Shown piece after piece: positions 8,848 through 16,386 of a stretch of 64,000 bases of DNA. A program made the position numbers and the translations under genes. The notes beneath the pieces were generated by a model. That model was not told the DNA's origin. It saw only the letters and a program-made list of their open reading frames with translations, and did not search any database. Source of the DNA: a virus. The stretch lies in IMG/VR virus record IMGVR_UViG_3300025150_000006, positions 1-64,000 of that record, one strand, 5' to 3'. Numbering within the stretch: position 1 is the stretch's first letter; every line of letters begins with the position of its first letter.

Positions 8848-9596
8848 AGCCCAAGATCCTCCTCAGTCCACACACAAAAGTGCCAGCCCCGTTGTTTAGC
8901 CTGATCTGCTGCAACCTTAAGACGTGTGATCTGCTTGTTGTTATTGCCGTAAGTGGGGTGATCCAGTACCCATTGTGGCTTGACTTCAATCAATTTCACC
9001 ACATTGTGGCTTAGAGTCACAACGAAGTCAGGGTAAATGCGTGCACCATCTTTCAAGACTAGTGGTGGCTCATACTGGTATGAAACCACAGAGGGGTCTG
9101 CATCTAGGAGGACCAAGGCCTGACGCTCATAGGTACTCCTAACCCGAAATTTCCCCTTCCGGTTGGAGCACTTCAGGGCAACTACCTCACACCAAATCCC
9201 TCGACCCCCACACTTCCCAAACTTGGATTTAGGGCTCTCTAAGAGAGAGTAAAATTTTCCACTTGCCCAATCCTCTCGAAGGCGTTTAGACAACCATGGC
9301 TTCTTTTCACCCGCTCTGGAGCGCCCCATCCGAGCTGCACTTTCCTGACGATTTTTCCGAGAAGCATCATTCCACATGGCCCCAGTGAGTCGCTGGATGG
9401 ATCCATTGGAAAGCCCTGTAATCTCGATCATCTCAGCCCAGGTACAACCAGATTCATGCAAGGTCGTCACGATAGCCGCCCGCTTATCCCTGACACCCAA
9501 TGGGGGTCGCCCCCTCTTTGAGAATGTATCCCAGTCGAGTTCCTGTGCCTTTAACAAGGGTGCCAATCGTGGGTGTGGTGTGCTCATGCCTAGCAA
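8844..9596 (-). CDS. Free-standing endonuclease: HTH plus TnsA-like PD-(D/E)xK domain
   Basis: RSTYE...YQYEP...YPDFVV...LIEVKP; lower GC; lies between the intein halves. Confidence 0.8.
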   Translation of the reverse strand: MLGMSTPHPRLAPLLKAQELDWDTFSKRGRPPLGVRDKRAAIVTTLHESGCTWAEMIEITGLSNGSIQRLTGAMWNDASRKNRQESAARMGRSRAGEKKPWLSKRLREDWASGKFYSLLESPKSKFGKCGGRGIWCEVVALKCSNRKGKFRVRSTYERQALVLLDADPSVVSYQYEPPLVLKDGARIYPDFVVTLSHNVVKLIEVKPQWVLDHPTYGNNNKQITRLKVAADQAKQRGWHFCVWTEEDLGL

Positions 9597-9634
9597 TACC
9601 TATAGGATAGATATTGTCTGGGAATAAGAGCATT

Positions 9635-10138
9635 CTACACTGGGCTCAAGTCGTGAAGGGTCTCCCAGAGATCATCCATGCGAACGACCATCCTTTCCCC
9701 ATCAACATCCAGTTCAACTGTTTCCTCAGCCCCCACGCAGTTGTCGCGGAGCATGACCCGCAACGTGCTGATCATCTCCAGCTCCTCTGCGGAGTAGATG
9801 CTGGAGATGGTAGACGCCGTGGACACCACCGCGAACTCTTGGACCACCTGCATCTGCGGGGTCCCAATCTGCTCACGGATGGTCCAACGGATGCGGTACG
9901 TCCCGATGGTGGCGTTCGCCGGCACCATCAGGGCAGCGTAGAACTCCCCCACCGCAGGGTTCACAGGCGTCCGGTCGGCTGACCCAATCAGCACTTCCAC
10001 TTCGGGTGGACCGGGATCCAGGAAATAGAGGCTGTAGGTGATCTCAGCCGGGTTGATGGGGACGTTGCTACTGTTCTTGAGGAAGATGTCCAGGTCCCCC
10101 CGAGCAACCTCCTGACCGGGATAGAAGGCGACGGCCAT
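9635..10138 (-). CDS. N-extein (133 aa) of putative neck protein fused to a 34-aa IntN
   Basis: ...LRDN|CVGAEETVELDVDGERMVVRMDDLWETLHDLSPV* matches intein block A, then a stop. Confidence 0.85.
   Translation of the reverse strand: MAVAFYPGQEVARGDLDIFLKNSSNVPINPAEITYSLYFLDPGPPEVEVLIGSADRTPVNPAVGEFYAALMVPANATIGTYRIRWTIREQIGTPQMQVVQEFAVVSTASTISSIYSAEELEMISTLRVMLRDNCVGAEETVELDVDGERMVVRMDDLWETLHDLSPV
9638..9739 (-). mobile_element. IntN of an atypically split intein (34 aa, acidic)
   Basis: Cys1, CxxxxTxV block A pattern, then xxDL helix. Confidence 0.8.
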
Positions 10139-10404
10139 CAGTTCACCTCGATGTCAGAGGCCCACAGGATGCCCTCATCCGGAGCTTCAAGCAACTCGCT
10201 CGACAGACGCTCCCTGATAGAGCGAAGGGTGTCCTGGTGCACCCGGAGACGGCCCACCAGCTCCGCGCTCTGCAAGGCAGGGGAGTAGTATAGGAAGTCG
10301 AGGAAGAACGTGGATCCTGCATCTGGAAGGATACGGAAGGCGTTGACCTCCCCGACCGCCTGGGGACCATCCTCTACAGGGCACTGGATTCTCCTATCCG
10401 CCAC
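10138..10404 (-). CDS. DUF3467-like protein, paralog of 20784-21050
   Basis: NAFRI...FFLDFLYYS...RLRV pattern shared with the 20784 ORF. Confidence 0.6.
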   Translation of the reverse strand: MADRRIQCPVEDGPQAVGEVNAFRILPDAGSTFFLDFLYYSPALQSAELVGRLRVHQDTLRSIRERLSSELLEAPDEGILWASDIEVN

Positions 10405-10436
10405 AGCCCCTTCCTTGTCAGGCCACCAGAGCATCA

Positions 10437-10808
10437 TCAACCCCCATCGACGAACTCGATGATGAGCCCCGTGGTGAACACCCCAGACCGGGTGGGTGCA
10501 ATGAGGACCACTTCATCGGTCTGCACCAGGTAGGTCAGAGCGGGCTCCTCAGCGTTGATCTCCGCGTAGAGCATGTCCCCGTCCGTGAACGTGTCAGGCA
10601 CGGTGTAGACGTAGGTAAATCTGCCCGCCTCTGCCGGTGTGGCAGGGTCCATCGCTGCTGCATCGACCAGGGTGTTCTTCGCCCCGGCGAGACTGTAGGA
10701 GAAGATGGTGATCGTCGGTCCCACGGTCGGGTCGAACGCGATGTTGGCCCCGTCCAAGAACCTGGCTTGGAACGTGAAAGGGTTGCCGATGACCGCCTGC
10801 TTTCCCAC
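10437..10808 (-). CDS. Putative virion Ig-like beta protein
   Basis: Beta-rich acidic 123 aa; resembles the N-extein at 9740-10138. Confidence 0.6.
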   Translation of the reverse strand: MGKQAVIGNPFTFQARFLDGANIAFDPTVGPTITIFSYSLAGAKNTLVDAAAMDPATPAEAGRFTYVYTVPDTFTDGDMLYAEINAEEPALTYLVQTDEVVLIAPTRSGVFTTGLIIEFVDGG

Positions 10809-10809
10809 T

Positions 10810-11058
10810 TCAGTCCTCCATGTGCGTCATGGTCTTCAGTGCCTTGATCTCGTCCGCGTAGGACAAGGCTGCCACCTTGGCTCGGCGGGTGAAGAACTGA
10901 GTCTTCAGGTCACGGATGTTGTCCGGCTTGGTGAACACAAACACCGTCCGGTCTCCGTCTCTCTCCGTCCCAAGGAACTCCACCGAGGCCGTCTTCAAGT
11001 AGGCGGCGTAGTAAAGGTCAGCGGTCTTGTACTTGCCATCTTCGGGCGTGTTGATCAT
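10810..11058 (-). CDS. DUF5659-like small protein
   Basis: YKTADLYYAAYL...VFVF motif; AGGAG SD. Confidence 0.7.
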   Translation of the reverse strand: MINTPEDGKYKTADLYYAAYLKTASVEFLGTERDGDRTVFVFTKPDNIRDLKTQFFTRRAKVAALSYADEIKALKTMTHMED

Positions 11059-11105
11059 GTCGGGACTCCTGCATTGACCATCTCGAAAGAGAGGTTGCTG
11101 TTGTT

Positions 11106-11133
11106 CTACCCTGGGGAACGTATAGGCGAACGA
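11106..11133 (-). promoter_or_regulatory. Class II (late-type) promoter-like motif
   Basis: TCGTTCGCCTAT-N12-GTAG. Confidence 0.7.
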
Positions 11134-11143
11134 ACGAAGCCCC

Positions 11144-11188
11144 AAAACACGAAAGCCCCCGTCCCGTGAAGGGCGAGGGCTTTCGTGT
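11144..11188 (-). terminator. Rho-independent terminator
   Basis: ACACGAAAGCCC/GGGCTTTCGTGT stem followed by a T run on -. Confidence 0.75.
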
Positions 11189-11202
11189 GGGAGACCTTCG
11201 GA

Positions 11203-12144
11203 TCAGAGAGGAACACCCAGGTGGTTGTAGACCCCGATGGCAGGGCCGATGCCAGTGGCCGCGATGGCGGTCACTCCATCCGCCGCCCATGCACGAGGAC
11301 GCCAGGCCGTGACGGCACCTGCGGAGTAGGCGAACTCCCGACGCAACAGTGTGATGTTGCCCTTGTACCCAGCGATGACGCCCGCTCCGTTCGAGATGTT
11401 GAACGCTCCCGTGGGGACCAGTGTCGGGCGGCTCCGGTATCCAGGCTCACCGGGCTCCAGGAACCCACCAGAGGCGTAGAACTGCCCCTGAGCGGCCACC
11501 ATTGCGGGGGTCTGTGCAGCCACGAGCGCCTGTCGCGCTGCCAGATCCAGGAACTGGTCTGCCGCGTTCCCGATGATCGTGTTGGCCGGAAGACGGTAGA
11601 TCTCCCCGGACAGGATTCGCAGGATGTCAGATACGGTGCCGAAAGACTTGTTCGTTCCCCCAGCCGTCAGCGAGTTGGATGTGAACGGAGGAACCTGATC
11701 CAACTCAATGTTGATCTGAGCTTCTGTCAGCGTCGCGCCCGCCATCACCCTCACGAGGAGGTTGGTGTTCATCCAGTTGCAGGATCCAAACGCAAACTGC
11801 GACCCGTTGGCATCCACATCCCCATTGTCATGGATGCGGTCCTTGAAGTACGCCGCCAACCCAAAGGTGGTCGTCGTGGTAGCCACACAGTCGTTGCCAC
11901 CACCGGTGGTGTCCGCTACAACAGCATCCGCCGTGAGGGTGGTGTTCAGTGAACCACTGATGTAGGAGATCCCGTTGACCACGGTGGTCCCGGCGGGATC
12001 CAGGGACTCTGCAACGTACACGTTCTGCGGTGTACCTTCGTAGATGCTGTTCCTCTGCCCGGCGTTGGGACGCAGGTCACCGAGGTTGAGCCCCACGCCG
12101 GCTAGGTCGTTCCGCAGGGGGATGATGAAGACTCGATCAGCCAT
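11203..12144 (-). CDS. Virion structural protein, paralog family A (1 of 3)
   Basis: Shared N-terminal LxxxDLxPNxxQxN, central GTxxxxLxxLxGxxY and C-terminal VYxxxG with neighbours. Confidence 0.75.
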   Translation of the reverse strand: MADRVFIIPLRNDLAGVGLNLGDLRPNAGQRNSIYEGTPQNVYVAESLDPAGTTVVNGISYISGSLNTTLTADAVVADTTGGGNDCVATTTTTFGLAAYFKDRIHDNGDVDANGSQFAFGSCNWMNTNLLVRVMAGATLTEAQINIELDQVPPFTSNSLTAGGTNKSFGTVSDILRILSGEIYRLPANTIIGNAADQFLDLAARQALVAAQTPAMVAAQGQFYASGGFLEPGEPGYRSRPTLVPTGAFNISNGAGVIAGYKGNITLLRREFAYSAGAVTAWRPRAWAADGVTAIAATGIGPAIGVYNHLGVPL

Positions 12145-12159
12145 TGTGAAACTCCTAAA

Positions 12160-13059
12160 TCAGATGACGTTGCCGAGGGCATCGTACACGGTGACAGCTC
12201 GGCCAGCGCCGCCTGCGAGGATGTTGCCCAACCCGATGGTCAAGGCCGTACCCGCTGCCCCATAGGTGAAAGCGGGGTTCTCAAACGCGAAGGTGGCCGC
12301 CTTGAGGTCAGCCAGGACACCATTCGTTGCCGACAGATGCAGGTCACCAGCATCGACGAGCTGCCGCACGTCGTTGAAGTTCGTGTCCTGGAGCCCAGTC
12401 TGCACGGGAGCCACCAGCGGGTCACCAGGGCGGAGGTAGGCCGGGGGAGCGTTGAATTTGCGCCCCCGCACTGCACCGTAGACACCCTCGACGCTCTGTG
12501 GCAGCTCCACGTTCGCACGGGCCACGAACGCCCCACGACGAGCACCGATGAAGTTCGGGACACCGTCCTCCAGAACTGCCGCCGCAGGCACACGGTAGCG
12601 CTCACCCGCCAGGATGCGGAGGATCTCCTCCACGGTGCCCGTCGAGTTGCCGGCCGTCAGGGACGAACCTGCACCGATACGAGCGGCGAGGATGGCGTTG
12701 ATCTCCACCGAGGTCAACGCCGTACCCGCTGCAACCGCAGCCTCGATGTCACCGGAAGCCAGGATCGCGTTGGCAGCCGTAGCTGCACGAGCGCCCACCT
12801 GGTTCTCGATGGTGTCGATGAGGTACGCCGACAGACCATAGGCATCCGCCGCCACCCCCGTGGTGATCGGGGGGCCTGCTGCCGTCGTGATGGGAAGGTT
12901 GACCCCATCGATCAGGTAGAAGGTCTGGTATCCCGTCTGACCCGAGTTCTGCCCGCTGAGGATAGGGTTGAGTTGGGACGTGTTTGGTTGCAGGTCCAGC
13001 ACCTGGAGCAGGCTGTCGTCCAGGTCATTCCGGGCGAGTACAATGTAAGCGCGGGCCAT
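12160..13059 (-). CDS. Virion structural protein, paralog family A (2 of 3)
   Basis: LQVLDLQPNTSQLN...GTVEEILRILAGERY...AVTVYDALG. Confidence 0.75.
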   Translation of the reverse strand: MARAYIVLARNDLDDSLLQVLDLQPNTSQLNPILSGQNSGQTGYQTFYLIDGVNLPITTAAGPPITTGVAADAYGLSAYLIDTIENQVGARAATAANAILASGDIEAAVAAGTALTSVEINAILAARIGAGSSLTAGNSTGTVEEILRILAGERYRVPAAAVLEDGVPNFIGARRGAFVARANVELPQSVEGVYGAVRGRKFNAPPAYLRPGDPLVAPVQTGLQDTNFNDVRQLVDAGDLHLSATNGVLADLKAATFAFENPAFTYGAAGTALTIGLGNILAGGAGRAVTVYDALGNVI

Positions 13060-13083
13060 CAGGGGTTCTCCTTGAGAGGACGA

Positions 13084-14376
13084 TCAGACGAGCAGAGTGC
13101 CGTCGTCGTCGTAGACGGTGACGGCCCGCTGGTTGAGCAACGTGGCCTGACGGGTCTGCTTCGACACCATCGTCGGAGCCAGATGAGCCTGCACATCAGC
13201 ATCGGGGAAAAGGGTGATGCCGGCGGCGAGGTTCGCGAGCTGGCCATTCAGGACCGACGCCGCGAAAGCCGTGCTGTGGAAGGTAGCCCGTGCAGCACCG
13301 ATCTCATTGTTCACGGTGTCACCACCGATGAACGTGGATTTGCTGTAGGCACCCCCCGTCTTGAGGGCCTTGGTGCCCGCTGTGGTGGCACCCCACTCAC
13401 CGGCCAGCATCCCCGTGTCGAACACGGTGTTGGCCTCAGTGAAAGAACCACGCAGCGTCGGAGACCAGGTAGTACCTGCGAACTTCACACTTCCTACGGG
13501 CACCGCATAGGTACGTCCCGCCAGGACAGAGAGCAGCTCGGCAAGTGTCCCTACGGACTGGGACAGGGAGACGGTAGCACCTGTCAGGTCCGCCTCGACG
13601 ACGGCCAGGGCCACATCAACAGCCACCAGCGTTGCTGCAAGGCCCGAGTCCACCAGATTCTGGATGGCAGCCGTGGCCAGACCCAGTGTCGTCACGTCCC
13701 ACAGAGCGTGGGTACGAACCGTGGACGACGCAGCCAGAGCCGCTGCGTCCAGCGCCACACGGGTCTGGTTCGACGTGGTGATGGTCAGCTCCGAAGTGGG
13801 TCCCGCCCAGGCGATAGCGAAGCTCTCGGCCGTGATCAGAACCACACTGCTGGGGGCACCAACATTCACACCAACAGGGTGAATGGTTGCCGGTGCAGGC
13901 ACGTCCGTGATGACCTGCACACCCGCGTCGTTCAACGCGAGGGTGAGGTTGGCCGCCGCCGCATCATCATCGGCACCCAGACCGACGAGAATGGGGTCAC
14001 CGACCGTACCTGCGTGGATGAGGTCGTTGGCACCTGCGGCGAACTCGAAGTAGACGCCCTTGAGGAGGATCTGGTCACCAGCCAGGGCACCCGTGAGGGT
14101 GACCGTGGCCGCAGCCTCCTCACCGGCACCTGGCTCGACCTTGTCCACCAGGTAGGCTCCCAGGCCCTCGAACACCATCTTGTTGGAGTGGGCGGCGGAT
14201 CCCACCACGACACCACTTGCATTCACCGTCGGAACATCCGTCCCAGGACGACGCAGGTAGCGTGTCTGGCCAGGAGGGTTCGTGGGGTTGTTGTCCTGGG
14301 ATACGTTGGGCCACAGATCAGTGATCTGGAGAACGCCATCAGGGACATTCGCGTTGGCCAAGCAGATGAACGGCAT
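13084..14376 (-). CDS. Virion structural protein, paralog family A (3 of 3), with inserted domain
   Basis: LQITDLWPNVSQDN...GTLAELLSVLAGRTY...AVTVYDDDG. Confidence 0.75.
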   Translation of the reverse strand: MPFICLANANVPDGVLQITDLWPNVSQDNNPTNPPGQTRYLRRPGTDVPTVNASGVVVGSAAHSNKMVFEGLGAYLVDKVEPGAGEEAAATVTLTGALAGDQILLKGVYFEFAAGANDLIHAGTVGDPILVGLGADDDAAAANLTLALNDAGVQVITDVPAPATIHPVGVNVGAPSSVVLITAESFAIAWAGPTSELTITTSNQTRVALDAAALAASSTVRTHALWDVTTLGLATAAIQNLVDSGLAATLVAVDVALAVVEADLTGATVSLSQSVGTLAELLSVLAGRTYAVPVGSVKFAGTTWSPTLRGSFTEANTVFDTGMLAGEWGATTAGTKALKTGGAYSKSTFIGGDTVNNEIGAARATFHSTAFAASVLNGQLANLAAGITLFPDADVQAHLAPTMVSKQTRQATLLNQRAVTVYDDDGTLLV

Positions 14377-14412
14377 CTTGTTCTCCGTGAGCTGATCAGG
14401 CTTGCGCCTCGT

Positions 14413-14440
14413 CTACTTGTGGAACGGTATAGAGGAACTA
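14413..14440 (-). promoter_or_regulatory. Class II promoter-like motif
   Basis: TAGTTCCTCTAT-N12-GTAG. Confidence 0.75.
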
Positions 14441-14441
14441 T

Positions 14442-15188
14442 TCAACCACGTCTCATCACACCATGAATCGAGTAAGGACACCCCCCAGCGTCAGGACACG
14501 CAAGGATGAGGCCCTTGGTTGTGCTGGCCAGCAACTTAGCCTCGGCTCCCGGAGGGATGGCCTGCATCAACTGAGCAGGGCCGAAGGAAACCAACAAAGT
14601 CTTGACGGCATCCGTGTTCTGCACCGTGAACTCCGAGAGAAGAAACGGGAACACCAAATACAGTGGTCGAGGTGCTACCGAGGTCAGATCCTCATCAAAA
14701 GGTGGAGCCTGACCGGCCGCAACACCGACCACAGCCGAAGGCGCGGTCCCCACAAGGGTGAATGTAGGCCGGGGCACCCCCATCGACTTCGCCGGGAGGA
14801 CACAGAACACTGCCCCAAGGGCAGAAATGAGTCCCACCCCAACGCGATTCTCCTGTACCTGAATGAAGGTCCACTGATGGTCCGGTGCACCAAAATCCTC
14901 GATATTGAGCACCGCATGGGTCGTCCCACGCCGGCTCTCCTCAATCAGATCCATCCCCCGACGTCGAATGGTAAGGGACCGGAAGGTCTGACCTCTTGCC
15001 ACCTCGAACAAAGGCACGGAACCGCCACCACCCACACCTGATCCCGCAGGGTTGCCGTAAGCATCGTTGGCAGACCCTGCTCCCCAGAACTGATAACCGA
15101 CCACCTGGGGGTCATTCCTCAAGTAGAGATGGATGAGATGCTTCGACCGCTCCAGCAACCCAGCGTAGGTATGAAAAGGACTTGCCAT
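14442..15188 (-). CDS. Putative structural protein, paralog family B
   Basis: Starts MASPFHTYAGLLERS, nearly identical to the upstream gene; TAATG overlap. Confidence 0.75.
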   Translation of the reverse strand: MASPFHTYAGLLERSKHLIHLYLRNDPQVVGYQFWGAGSANDAYGNPAGSGVGGGGSVPLFEVARGQTFRSLTIRRRGMDLIEESRRGTTHAVLNIEDFGAPDHQWTFIQVQENRVGVGLISALGAVFCVLPAKSMGVPRPTFTLVGTAPSAVVGVAAGQAPPFDEDLTSVAPRPLYLVFPFLLSEFTVQNTDAVKTLLVSFGPAQLMQAIPPGAEAKLLASTTKGLILACPDAGGCPYSIHGVMRRG

Positions 15189-15985
15189 TAGCGGTGCTCC
15201 CCCCCAACGACACCATGAAGTGAGAAAGCCGCCCCAGCCACCCCATCCGGGCAAGCCAGGAGCACTTCCTTGGTTGTGCCTGAGTACAAGGGCAGCTCAC
15301 CACCCGTTGGGATGTTCTGCATGGCCTGCTCCGGTCCGAATGACACCAGCAGATTCACCAAGGAAAGGTTGCGGATCGAGAGGGCCGTCAAAGGCTTGGG
15401 GAACACCAGGTACAACGCTCGGGGTGCCGCTGATGTCAGGTCCTCATTCAGGTCAGGGACTGACCCTGCGGCACTGTTCGTGCTCGAAGGTGCAATCCCC
15501 TGCAAACTGAAACTCGGCTGGTAGGTCCCGAAGAACTCCACCGGAGGGATGCAGTAGATGGGACCAAGCACCGGGTCTGCCGGAACCCCACCCAAGTCCA
15601 GTAGGCCAGCCGCTCGCTGCTCTTGCACCCGCAAAAACATCCAGCCGCCATCAGGAGCAATGGCTGCCCCGCCGACTGCTGGGACGATAAAGTCCTCCAC
15701 ATCGAAAAGAGCATGGGTCATCCCCCGCCTGCTCTCTTCAATGAGCCCCAGCTTCTTGCGCCGAAGGGTCGCCGAACGATAGCTCTGGCCACGGGGCACC
15801 TGGAACAACGCCAGTGGCCCCGCCCCACCCACACCGCTGTTCAACGGGTCGCCGTAGGCATCATCCACCGTGCGATGACCCCAGAACTGGTAAGCCTCCA
15901 CCAGGTTATCGTTGTGGAGATAGGTGTGGATAAGGTGGGTAGACCTCTCCAGCAAACCGGCGTAGGTGTGGAATGGCGAACTCAT
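15188..15985 (-). CDS. Putative structural protein, paralog family B
   Basis: Starts MSSPFHTYAGLLERS; collinear similarity to 14442-15188. Confidence 0.75.
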   Translation of the reverse strand: MSSPFHTYAGLLERSTHLIHTYLHNDNLVEAYQFWGHRTVDDAYGDPLNSGVGGAGPLALFQVPRGQSYRSATLRRKKLGLIEESRRGMTHALFDVEDFIVPAVGGAAIAPDGGWMFLRVQEQRAAGLLDLGGVPADPVLGPIYCIPPVEFFGTYQPSFSLQGIAPSSTNSAAGSVPDLNEDLTSAAPRALYLVFPKPLTALSIRNLSLVNLLVSFGPEQAMQNIPTGGELPLYSGTTKEVLLACPDGVAGAAFSLHGVVGGEHR

Positions 15986-16386
15986 GCCCGGTTACCCCGT
16001 GTCTTGGCTGCACGAGACCGCTTCTCGTACTCGGTGGTGTCCTTGCCTTTGCTGGCTGCGAGCTTCGCGGCATCGCCCCAGTTGTCCACCCGCTCACCCT
16101 CGACGTTGGGTGCCAGATTGAACTGGGGACCGTCCATCTTGAGCTGCGCCTCACGCTGTCCCACATGCTCTCGTCGTTGAGCCATCTGGCGCTTGATACG
16201 GATGTTCTTGCCCGGCCAGACATCCCCCCGCAGAACCCCACCCACACCGGTAGCGATCTGCATCTTGGCAGGCTCCCCGCACTCGGGGCACTCCTGTGGG
16301 GTGTTGCGGTTCGCGATGGCCAGGGTCGTGAAGAACCCCGTCCCACATTCCTCGTCACTGCATTTGAAACTGTACTCAGGCATCAC
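15982..16386 (-). CDS. FmdB-family zinc-ribbon protein
   Basis: MPEYSFKC...CG...CPECG. Confidence 0.8.
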   Translation of the reverse strand: MMPEYSFKCSDEECGTGFFTTLAIANRNTPQECPECGEPAKMQIATGVGGVLRGDVWPGKNIRIKRQMAQRREHVGQREAQLKMDGPQFNLAPNVEGERVDNWGDAAKLAASKGKDTTEYEKRSRAAKTRGNRA

